Under the pieces are notes generated by a model. The model searched no databases. It was given only the letters and a program-made list of their open reading frames with translations, and had not been told where the DNA came from. From a virus (lineage: Duplodnaviria; Caudoviricetes): a DNA stretch of 24,066 nucleotides. The DNA lies in IMG/VR virus record IMGVR_UViG_3300020044_000655, positions 1 through 24,066 of that record. One strand, 5' to 3'. The stretch's first letter is position 1, and the number at the start of each line of letters is the position of its first letter. This document shows positions 17,360-24,066 of this stretch, one piece after another. Made by a program: the position numbers and the translations under genes.

Positions 17360-18049
17360 ATTGATCCGATCAGCATCTGCCTCCTTGCGGCTGGCCTTGT
17401 TAAAAACATCCAAGCTGGGTGTGATCTTTACAAGCAAGCCAAGGAATCTTTTGTTGAAATTAAGCGCACTGCTGATGAAGTTGTTGCCATTGGCAAAGAG
17501 GTCAAAGGAATCTGGGGAACACTTGTTGGGTTCTTTAATGGCAAGCCTAAGGCTCAAACTGCAAAGCCTACTGCCAAGAGTAAGAAAGCAGACTATGTTG
17601 CTGTTGACGAGACTCAAGTCAAAGCTGACATTGTCAAAAACCTCACTGAGTTCTTCAAGTTACAGGAGCAATTAGAAGCGCACATCAGGGAATCTGAAGA
17701 GAAGGCTAGGACTGTTGTTTTCTCTGATGATGTGAACCTGATGGAAGAAGCACTCAACAGAGTGCTGGCGCAACAAGAGATGGAAAGGTTGGTTGTTCAG
17801 ATCAGAGAGTGCATGGTCTACCAGTCGCCACCAGAAATGGGCGCTCTGTATTCAGAAGTTTTCAGCATGAGGGACATCATTGCTGGTGAACAAGAGAAGG
17901 CAAGGAAGAAGCGGGATGCAGAAGCATGGCAACGAAAGGAAAGAGAACGACTCCTGCTAGAAAAACAAGCATACCTGTTGGCAGCTTTCCTGTTCCTCCT
18001 GTATCTTTGGATGCTAATCGGACTCATAAGCAAGATTGGGAGAGCGTGA
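17360..18049 (+). CDS. Membrane-anchored coiled-coil protein, 229 codons, probable ATT start
   Basis: The frame of ORF 17732..18049 stays open back to 17360 (IDPISICLLAAGLVKNIQAGCDLYKQAKESF...). It has no ATG/GTG/TTG until 17732 and ends in a TM helix. Confidence 0.7.
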   Translation: MDPISICLLAAGLVKNIQAGCDLYKQAKESFVEIKRTADEVVAIGKEVKGIWGTLVGFFNGKPKAQTAKPTAKSKKADYVAVDETQVKADIVKNLTEFFKLQEQLEAHIRESEEKARTVVFSDDVNLMEEALNRVLAQQEMERLVVQIRECMVYQSPPEMGALYSEVFSMRDIIAGEQEKARKKRDAEAWQRKERERLLLEKQAYLLAAFLFLLYLWMLIGLISKIGRA

Positions 18050-18213
18050 TGGGTTGGATTGCAGCTTGTGTTCTTGTCGTATTCTTGTTGCCAATCATGG
18101 GTATTATCCTGATGGACTTGCTTGAGACAAAGCATGAGGTTAAGCAACAGGTTGAGAAGGTTGAGAAGTTAAGAAGACAGGTTGAACAAAAGCAAAGGGA
18201 AAAAGAGAAATGA
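18049..18213 (+). CDS. Small N-terminal TM plus coiled-coil protein
   Basis: Start corrected to the TGATG overlap. MGWIAACVLVVFLLPIMGIILM is followed by a Lys/Glu/Gln-rich helix (54 aa). Confidence 0.65.
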   Translation: MGWIAACVLVVFLLPIMGIILMDLLETKHEVKQQVEKVEKLRRQVEQKQREKEK

Positions 18214-18395
18214 ACATCTACTGCATTTGGGGTTTGTCAATACTGTTGGTTCTGCTGACAGGTTGTGAAGATCGCTTTCGTTACCCATGCCAAGATCCTC
18301 AGAATTGGGAGAATGCTGAATGCAAACCCCCAGTATGCACTGCCACTGGCACATGTCCTGACCAACTAATAGCCATCGAAAAGGAGAAGAAATGA
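18210..18395 (+). CDS. Small Cys-rich lipoprotein
   Basis: Signal peptide with lipobox LTGC. The mature part has four further Cys (YPCQDP, ECKPPVCTATGTCP). Confidence 0.75.
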   Translation: MNIYCIWGLSILLVLLTGCEDRFRYPCQDPQNWENAECKPPVCTATGTCPDQLIAIEKEKK

Positions 18396-18730
18396 CAACC
18401 ATCGGATACAAACCTGTGAAGCCTCGCATGAATCCTGACGAGATTGAAGTCCGTGTATGGGCATGGGTCATCTTTGTGATCTCCATTATCCTGCTTGGCT
18501 CGTGCTTCAGCTTTATCTATTCGGTGACATGGGTGACTCAGCCTATGAGTGGCATGGCTCCCATTGACAAGGTGTACACCAAGATGATCAATGACATCAT
18601 GTTGCTGTGTACTGGTGTGCTTGGTGGCGTGGCTGGACGCAAGGTAATCTCTGCTGCCACTGCTGTTGCCACTGCCAAAGCGGAGGCGGTTGACAATGAT
18701 CCTGAACCTAAGCTGGAAGCTAAGGAATGA
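18392..18730 (+). CDS. Two-TM membrane protein (holin candidate)
   Basis: Two hydrophobic segments and a charged C-terminal tail, within the lysis cassette. Confidence 0.6.
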   Translation: MTTIGYKPVKPRMNPDEIEVRVWAWVIFVISIILLGSCFSFIYSVTWVTQPMSGMAPIDKVYTKMINDIMLLCTGVLGGVAGRKVISAATAVATAKAEAVDNDPEPKLEAKE

Positions 18731-19209
18731 GTCTGTTCAATCCATGGGTACTGCTGGGTATCGTCTTGGCTGTTCTTGGCGCAGGCACAAGCGGATATTT
18801 CAAGGGAAGTGCAGATGAGTTTGATCGCCAGCAACTTGAGATAGCCGCACTGAATGCCAAGGCAAGAGAGACAGAACAGAAGTTACAAGCAGACGCACAA
18901 GAGACTGCTGCCAAACTAAGGAAACAAAACGATGAAGCATCCAAACGCATTGCGAATCTCAAGTCTGATCTTGATTCTGGCAAACGCAAGCTGTTCATTC
19001 CTGTCAAAGCCCCCGACTGCCCCGTATCAACCGCCACAGATGCCACCCCTGCCGCCAGAGATAGCGTTCAAGCAGGAGCCGAACTTGACGGAAAGACTGC
19101 TCAAGCTCTTGTCGCCATCACAGATGACGGAGACAAAGCAATCCGACAATTGAATGCGTGTATCGATGCGTATAACACTGTTTACCAAACCATGAAAGGA
19201 ATCAAATGA
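18727..19209 (+). CDS. Rz: Inner-membrane spanin (Rz-like)
   Basis: N-terminal TM, coiled coil, DLDSGKRKLFIPV and DGDKAIRQLNACIDAY motifs; adjacent to the endolysin. Confidence 0.8.
   Translation: MSLFNPWVLLGIVLAVLGAGTSGYFKGSADEFDRQQLEIAALNAKARETEQKLQADAQETAAKLRKQNDEASKRIANLKSDLDSGKRKLFIPVKAPDCPVSTATDATPAARDSVQAGAELDGKTAQALVAITDDGDKAIRQLNACIDAYNTVYQTMKGIK
18932..19153 (+). CDS. Rz1: Outer-membrane spanin (Rz1-like) nested in the +1 frame of Rz
   Basis: Signal peptide ending in an imperfect lipobox LANASC, then a Pro-rich segment (KPPTAPYQPPQMPPLPP). Fully embedded at a +1 frame offset, as for lambda Rz1. Confidence 0.65.
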   Translation: MKHPNALRISSLILILANASCSFLSKPPTAPYQPPQMPPLPPEIAFKQEPNLTERLLKLLSPSQMTETKQSDN

Positions 19210-19814
19210 ACTCTGAACAGTTGGCACAAGCTTTAAAAATCACGCCTGCAAAGGCAGAGGAGTGGATAGATGCAATCAATGAAACCTGTGATCGCTTTGA
19301 CATTAGCACAACTGAAAGACAAGCTGCGTTCTTGGGTCAGTGCGCTCACGAGTCTGCTAACTTCACTGCGCTCAAAGAAAACCTCAACTACTCAGCAGAA
19401 GGATTGACCAAGGTTTGGCCTAAGCGGTTCCCATCTTTGGATGCCGCACAACCATACCACCGCAACCCTGAGAAGATCGCCAACAAAGTCTATGCTGATC
19501 GCATGGGCAACGGTGACGAAGCATCAGGTGAAGGGTTCAAGTACCGTGGTCGTGGCTTGATCCAATTGACTGGCAAGACAAACTACCAGTTGGCTAGTGA
19601 CTCTTTAGGTGTTGACTTTATTGAAGAGCCTGACTTGGTAAGCACACCTAAATATGCTGCGCTCACAGCAGGTTGGTTCTGGGATAAGAATAATCTGAAC
19701 GAGCTGGCTGACGCACAGAATTGGACAGCCTTAACCAAGAAAATTAATGGTGGGACACACGGTCTTGATGACCGTATTGCCCGCACCGATAACGCTATGT
19801 CTGCTTTGGCTTAA
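19206..19814 (+). CDS. Endolysin, glycoside hydrolase family 19 (chitinase-like)
   Basis: AAFLGQCAHES, ENLNYS, YRGRGLIQLTGKTNY and TKKINGG motifs. Confidence 0.93.
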   Translation: MNSEQLAQALKITPAKAEEWIDAINETCDRFDISTTERQAAFLGQCAHESANFTALKENLNYSAEGLTKVWPKRFPSLDAAQPYHRNPEKIANKVYADRMGNGDEASGEGFKYRGRGLIQLTGKTNYQLASDSLGVDFIEEPDLVSTPKYAALTAGWFWDKNNLNELADAQNWTALTKKINGGTHGLDDRIARTDNAMSALA

Positions 19815-19930
19815 TCAATACCAAGCAACCAAATGTGAAAGTCTACAGGGGGTTTGCCAGCGATTTGACATTGTTGACAATACTCCCTGTACTCTTCATC
19901 TAATTTATTCCAGTCCTCCATCTCCATCAT
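19811..19930 (-). CDS. Small hypothetical protein (about 39 aa, CxxC)
   Basis: MMEMEDWNKLDEEYREYCQQCQIAGKPPVDFHIWLLGID. RBS GAGGAG lies inside the end of the ERF gene, and the ORF fills the gap to the endolysin stop. Confidence 0.55.
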   Translation of the reverse strand: MMEMEDWNKLDEEYREYCQQCQIAGKPPVDFHIWLLGID

Positions 19931-20618
19931 CTTTCTCCTCAAGTTGTGCGCCCAGTCTCTTTAGGCGCAGTTGGTAATCCCCAAGCAACTTGGCTTTATG
20001 CTCAGGGTTCAGCTTGTTAACCTGTTCCTCGTTGGCATCTTTGAGTTCCCTAAGCTTAGTCATTTTTGTGCGTGTTGCCAAGGATGATTTCTCTACTTTT
20101 TCCCGCAGTTCAATGGAGCCATTGGTGTAGGCATCTGAGTCTGCGTACTGGCGTGATTCTTTGCCAGGTATCGTCAGCACATATGGAAGGGTGGCTGGCG
20201 CTGGTGGCTTGATAGCATCCAGCGGGTTGGCTGCTGGCGCTAACTTACGGCTACCAGCGTTGCCATCGTCATCTTCAGGTGCAATGCCACAGGCTGACAT
20301 CAGGCTGTACCTGCGAGCGTAGGTCAATGCACTGGCATACCCCTGTGGATCTTGCTTGACAGCAGGAAAGTGGACAATGCCGCACTCCAGCATTTCGCCT
20401 GACTCGTGGACAAACACTGTCTCACACATGATGCCATCACTACAGTCGTAATTTTTTTGGAGCAAAAAGATACCATTCTCATTGAGTGCATCTATCACTG
20501 CTTCCACGCATGCTGACAGGTCAGCGTATCGGCTACGGAAATGAGGGTTGGTGCTGGTCTTCAGAGCAGGGCCAAAGGCACGTTGGGCTTTGACAAGGGC
20601 TGATGCGATCTGTTTCAT
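19905..20618 (-). CDS. erf: ERF-family single-strand annealing recombinase
   Basis: NPHFRSRYADL, PQGYASALTYARRYSL and EDDDGN motifs. Confidence 0.92.
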   Translation of the reverse strand: MKQIASALVKAQRAFGPALKTSTNPHFRSRYADLSACVEAVIDALNENGIFLLQKNYDCSDGIMCETVFVHESGEMLECGIVHFPAVKQDPQGYASALTYARRYSLMSACGIAPEDDDGNAGSRKLAPAANPLDAIKPPAPATLPYVLTIPGKESRQYADSDAYTNGSIELREKVEKSSLATRTKMTKLRELKDANEEQVNKLNPEHKAKLLGDYQLRLKRLGAQLEEKDDGDGGLE

Positions 20619-21565
20619 TTTGCTTCCTTAATAGTGAGCGTTGACTGACGGATTGAGTAGGCTTCCTTGGCAGGTGTGGTCTTTTCAGGTTGTGCTTTAA
20701 AGTGACGCATAGGCCACTTAACTGTCCAGCCACCAGCAACTGCGCTGGCGCTGTCTTTCATCATGGACTTGAGGGCTGTTTCCCACTGGTCGATATCCTC
20801 TTGTAGGCTTGCCATCTTCTGCTTGGCAATGACAATCTCAGCGACAAGATCCTCGCCATCAATGCCCAAGTCGATCTCGTCTTCTTTGGCTGTCGCCCAT
20901 ACCCTGTTGGCATCCTTGGTGTTGGCGGCTGGGTAGTAGTCAATCTCGCCAGTCTCTTCAAAGGTTGTCAGTCGGTTGGCAAAGTCTGTTGCTTTGCTTT
21001 CAATCTGCTCTTTGGTTTCGCCATGGGGTTTGAACAGGAAGATGCGCAACTCCACACCTGAGTACAGGCAACCGATAGCTGCCCAGTCCAAGCCAGTACA
21101 CATCATCACGCCCTGCACTTGGATTGGCCCACGGTACAGGGGTAACTGATCCTCTGGATGACCACGAGTCAGTTTGGATTCCAGCACTCCGTTGCCAATC
21201 AGAGCAATGCTGTCAGCGCCAACCACATAGATACCCTTGCTGGGATCATGCTGGATGACCACGTTGTCCTCTGGTGTACCGATGGCATCAGCACTGGCGG
21301 CAAGTGGCAGGTGCGGGTTGGTGAAGGCAGTGTCGGGCATGACATAGCTCTTCAGTCCAAGGCGCTTTGCCATCTCAGCAATGATGGCTGGCTCCAAGGC
21401 ATTGCCCCAGTCTGCCGCTTCCCCTGCTGGGGTACGAGGATCTTCACCCCGCATGGCTTTTATGCAGAAGGTGAGGACATCGTTGGGTGTGCTGTAAGGA
21501 CTGACACCAAACAGGCTGGGTAATTGTGAACAGGACAGCATGGTGTCCGAGGTTAATTTAGGCAT
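20615..21565 (-). CDS. YqaJ-like (lambda-exonuclease-family) nuclease
   Basis: SCSQLPSLFGVSPYSTP, WGNALEP, ASADA, LESK and IQVQGVM motifs; paired with ERF. Confidence 0.85.
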   Translation of the reverse strand: MPKLTSDTMLSCSQLPSLFGVSPYSTPNDVLTFCIKAMRGEDPRTPAGEAADWGNALEPAIIAEMAKRLGLKSYVMPDTAFTNPHLPLAASADAIGTPEDNVVIQHDPSKGIYVVGADSIALIGNGVLESKLTRGHPEDQLPLYRGPIQVQGVMMCTGLDWAAIGCLYSGVELRIFLFKPHGETKEQIESKATDFANRLTTFEETGEIDYYPAANTKDANRVWATAKEDEIDLGIDGEDLVAEIVIAKQKMASLQEDIDQWETALKSMMKDSASAVAGGWTVKWPMRHFKAQPEKTTPAKEAYSIRQSTLTIKEAK

Positions 21566-21797
21566 GATTTTCCTTTGGTTGATTAATTGTTTCTCTTGCT
21601 TTCAGCATTGCGTCTGCTTGGTTATATGCGGCATAAGCCGTATCGGAAAAGTCCATATCTATTCTCCATTCAGGGTCAGAATACAAACCTTGCATAGCCT
21701 TTGCAGCAAAATAGTCCCGCAAGGTCATTCCATGCGATGCGTATTTGCCATCGCCATAGTTGTGCATGGTTGTTGGGAATGCTGGTGGGTTGTTCAT
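21558..21797 (-). CDS. Conserved small phage hypothetical protein
   Basis: PAFP..GMTLRDYFAAKAMQG..AY..ADAML.AR pattern; RBS AAGGAG. Confidence 0.8.
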   Translation of the reverse strand: MNNPPAFPTTMHNYGDGKYASHGMTLRDYFAAKAMQGLYSDPEWRIDMDFSDTAYAAYNQADAMLKARETINQPKENHA

Positions 21798-21798
21798 T

Positions 21799-22098
21799 TC
21801 AATGCTCCTTGATGATTAAGACCCGCTGTTTTCTTCCTGATCGACCAGGGCGGGTAAGCCCAGTGTCAATGATGTAACCCTTGTCCAGCAAAGACTTGAA
21901 TCGGGCTGTCACTGTAGAGTAGGGGTAGCTCGACAGATGAGCTAGTACCTCATCCTGAATGCATCCCTGTGGATAACCTGCGATCACCTCGTAGACAATC
22001 TGCTCCATGCTGGTCGTGTTGACCTTTTGAGCTGCTTCCTGACTGGTGTGGGGGTCGTTGCGGCGTACAAGTTTTTTCCAAATTGTGCCGAATTCCAT
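21799..22098 (-). CDS. Winged-helix DNA-binding protein
   Basis: Start corrected to ATG 22098 (RBS AAGGAG), 99 aa. Motifs RRNDPHTSQEAA and STVTARFKSLLDKGYIIDTG..GRKQRV. Confidence 0.7.
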   Translation of the reverse strand: MEFGTIWKKLVRRNDPHTSQEAAQKVNTTSMEQIVYEVIAGYPQGCIQDEVLAHLSSYPYSTVTARFKSLLDKGYIIDTGLTRPGRSGRKQRVLIIKEH

Positions 22099-22232
22099 TG
22101 AACTCTCCTTAATAGGTAGGTTGTTTGCCTTGCATGATTGCAAAGTGATAGCATCATACAACACCAATGAATGCTGGGTTTGTAGGTAGTTTCCCTAGTT
22201 GCACAGAATTAATGTGATATAGAATTGATAGC
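22099..22232. promoter_or_regulatory. Divergent control region
   Basis: Intergenic stretch between divergent units. TGATAGCAT occurs at 22146-22154 and 22226-22234, TTGCA-N4-TGCAA at 22130-22143, and TAGAAT at 22220-22225. Confidence 0.6.
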
Positions 22233-22442
22233 ATGAAACACACATTTACCAAACCCAAGATTGAGACTCAACAATTGCTTGTACGGATCAGACCGCATGC
22301 CAAGGTGCTGTTGCAAAAAGCCGCCATTGACCAGCGTAAAAGTCAGTCAGCCATCGTTGAGACTTTGATAATTGATGGCTTGTCTGCCGTCTATTCATCT
22401 TCTGACGACAGGATTCAAGCTTTTTTAAAGGGATCAGTATGA
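22233..22442 (+). CDS. Ribbon-helix-helix (Arc/CopG-like) regulator
   Basis: Beta-strand QLLVRI followed by two helices (LLQKAAIDQRKSQSAIVETLI); first gene of the divergent unit. Confidence 0.7.
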   Translation: MKHTFTKPKIETQQLLVRIRPHAKVLLQKAAIDQRKSQSAIVETLIIDGLSAVYSSSDDRIQAFLKGSV

Positions 22443-22648
22443 ACCAATGGATGCCACCCGAAGGAACCAAGATCACTATGCCCAGTGTGCGTGTGACTTC
22501 TGACAATTTCAAGTACCAGCGTGGTGCTGATGTGCAGGCTACATGGCGCAAGGCTGGGTGGACACCACCATCTGCCAATTTGCCACCTCCACCACCTGAA
22601 AAGGAAGTGGATCTGCCATTCATCAAGCCACTGAGGGCTGTCAAATGA
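22439..22648 (+). CDS. Hypothetical protein
   Basis: 69 aa with ATGA overlaps on both sides; FKYQRGADVQATWRKAGWTPP motif. Confidence 0.65.
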   Translation: MNQWMPPEGTKITMPSVRVTSDNFKYQRGADVQATWRKAGWTPPSANLPPPPPEKEVDLPFIKPLRAVK

Positions 22649-22905
22649 CGTTTGAGGATGCCAAGCGCATCTTGGATAGCGTGAAAGAAGGTAGGCCAGT
22701 ACCAGACAGCGTGGTCAACCGAGCCATGCAAATAACAGGGGATCTTGATGACTTTGATGGTGAATTTTGTCGTTTGTGGAGAGCCTGTGGGGAAAGGCAG
22801 ACCGAGATTCGCTCGTCAAGGGGGATTCGTCAAGACATATACCCCCAAGAAGACAGCGGATTGGGAGAAGGAGATAGCGCAAGCAGCGAAGCATGCCATG
22901 GGTAG
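22645..22905 (+). CDS. Hypothetical protein overlapping the rusA 5' end
   Basis: ATGA-coupled start and a plausible helical N-terminal 35 aa. The remainder overlaps rusA in another frame. Confidence 0.45.
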   Translation: MTFEDAKRILDSVKEGRPVPDSVVNRAMQITGDLDDFDGEFCRLWRACGERQTEIRSSRGIRQDIYPQEDSGLGEGDSASSEACHG

Positions 22906-23173
22906 CCAAGATCCTTTGGAAACGCCTGTAGCCCTGTCTGTGCGGGTGTACAAGACTATCCCTGTCAGTTGGTCAAAGGCCAAGCGCCAGCAAGCTGAGT
23001 CTGGAGAGCAAAGACCAGTAGGCAAGCCTGATTTGGACAACTACATCAAGGCAATCATGGACGCTGGCAACGGCATTTTGTGGCTGGATGACAGTCAGGT
23101 GTGCGAGTTGCACAGTAGCAAAGCATATGGATCGCCTCGCATTGAGGTAACAGTATTGGAGTTATTGCCATGA
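22748..23173 (+). CDS. rusA: RusA-family Holliday junction resolvase
   Basis: GEPVGKGRPRF, KPDLDNYIKAIMD and DDSQV catalytic motifs. Confidence 0.92.
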   Translation: MTLMVNFVVCGEPVGKGRPRFARQGGFVKTYTPKKTADWEKEIAQAAKHAMGSQDPLETPVALSVRVYKTIPVSWSKAKRQQAESGEQRPVGKPDLDNYIKAIMDAGNGILWLDDSQVCELHSSKAYGSPRIEVTVLELLP

Positions 23174-23334
23174 TTGAAGAGACATTGGAGCAGCGCATCT
23201 CCCATCTTGAACAGCAGATTGAGCAAATTGCAGAAGCATTCAGCGCCAATGCTCAGGTGATGGTCATGCTGGCACGAGAGATTAAGTACATCAGGGAGTG
23301 TTTTATTGATGAAGATCCGATGGGGTTGCAATGA
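23170..23334 (+). CDS. Small coiled-coil hypothetical protein (54 aa)
   Basis: MIEETLEQRISHLEQQIEQIAEAF...; ATGA overlaps with both neighbours. Not in the ORF track. Confidence 0.65.
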   Translation: MIEETLEQRISHLEQQIEQIAEAFSANAQVMVMLAREIKYIRECFIDEDPMGLQ

Positions 23335-23531
23335 TAGGTGGAGCCAGGAAAGGATCAGGTCGCAAGCCGATCCAAATTGACGAGCGCAGAGCATTTAGTC
23401 TGTATGACCAAGGCTTCAGCAAGAAAGAGATTGCTGCTAGGTTTGGTGTCAATTACAACAGTCTGAGGACAATCTTTCGCAAGGCTGGCAAGTTCACAGA
23501 GTCAGCCAAGAGGAAACCAAATGGAACTTAA
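23331..23531 (+). CDS. HTH DNA-binding protein with N-terminal GGARKGSGRKP motif
   Basis: AT-hook-like segment plus GFSKKEIAARFGVNYNSLRTIF helix-turn-helix. Confidence 0.75.
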   Translation: MIGGARKGSGRKPIQIDERRAFSLYDQGFSKKEIAARFGVNYNSLRTIFRKAGKFTESAKRKPNGT

Positions 23532-23808
23532 CGACTGGGAAACAGGCAGTGTGTCTCGCAGGTTGGCTGTTGAGTATTCGCTTAACCGCAAGCGACAGAT
23601 AGATGTACTGATTAACTTGGAGACAAGAATGGCAGAGTTAAAGCAGCGTGTTGAGCAGGAGATCAAAACAGTAACAGCACAAGCGTTTTACGAGATGTTG
23701 CGCAACACAGTCATTGAAGAAGTGGCGGAAGAGATAGAGAAGATGACTGGCTTTGGTCAAGACACCATAGACAGTTTGGCGATATACATAAGAGGAATGA
23801 AGAAATGA
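23521..23808 (+). CDS. Hypothetical protein
   Basis: 95 aa, overlaps neighbours; LRNTVIEEVA..FGQDTIDSLAIYIRGMK. Confidence 0.7.
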   Translation: MELNDWETGSVSRRLAVEYSLNRKRQIDVLINLETRMAELKQRVEQEIKTVTAQAFYEMLRNTVIEEVAEEIEKMTGFGQDTIDSLAIYIRGMKK

Positions 23809-24066
23809 CACAAGATGAAATCAAGTTTTATACCTATGTTCATTTTAAAAAAGACGATTCAACAATTTTTTACATTGGGAAAGGAAAAAAAGGCAGAGAA
23901 AATGTGCGCCAAGGAAGAAACAAGCATTGGGTAAATACTGTAAATAAGCATGGGCTAAATTCTCAAATTCTTGCTGAATGGAAAACAGAAAAAGAGGCTT
24001 TCGAACACGAAAAATTTTTGATTTTGTGTTTTAAAGATATGAATTTCAAACTAGTAAATATGACTG
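23805..24066 (+). CDS. GIY-YIG-superfamily (homing-type) endonuclease, 3'-truncated
   Basis: MTQDEIKFYTYVH..IFYIGKG..R..EAFEHEKFLI..LVNMT. Open to the window end and visibly more AT-rich than its neighbours. Confidence 0.75.
   Translation, partial: MTQDEIKFYTYVHFKKDDSTIFYIGKGKKGRENVRQGRNKHWVNTVNKHGLNSQILAEWKTEKEAFEHEKFLILCFKDMNFKLVNMT

Noticed and set aside
17310-17675. 121-aa + strand ORF in the lysis region
   Set aside because: Leu/Ser/Arg-rich shadow frame. The ATT-initiated frame at 17360 has natural composition and joins the downstream ORF.
1-24066. CRISPR array, integrase/att site, or alternative genetic code
   Set aside because: No regularly spaced repeats and no integrase seen. Genes read through intact under the standard code, with TAA and TGA used as stops.

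Overview
This window is a 24-kb piece of a tailed dsDNA phage or prophage with podovirus (T7/BPP-1-like) virion architecture. The host is probably Gram-negative, because spanins are present. The + strand runs: portal (5'-truncated), small Bbp19-like protein, scaffold, an 815-bp non-coding block, major capsid, small virion protein, tail tubular proteins A and B, four probable ejection proteins, two tail-fibre genes and a chaperone. Next is an unusually long lysis/membrane cassette ending in nested Rz/Rz1 spanins and a GH19 endolysin. A convergent - strand module encodes an ERF recombinase, a YqaJ-like exonuclease and small proteins. A divergent + strand unit encodes an RHH regulator, RusA, an HTH protein and an AT-rich GIY-YIG endonuclease cut off by the window end. 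The most striking element is the non-coding block between scaffold and capsid (2258-3072). A sigma70 promoter embedded in a terminator precedes three structured RNA modules: a C4-antisense-like hairpin, a tRNA mimic with a 19-bp closing stem and about 76 nt in the variable-arm position, and a roughly 250-nt multi-helix RNA with a candidate pseudoknot. A second promoter and a capsid leader with a duplicated internal-loop motif follow. A 229-codon gene missed by the ORF track appears to start at ATT directly after an in-frame TAA. All protein family calls are from motif recognition by eye and RNA folds are by hand; no searches were run.
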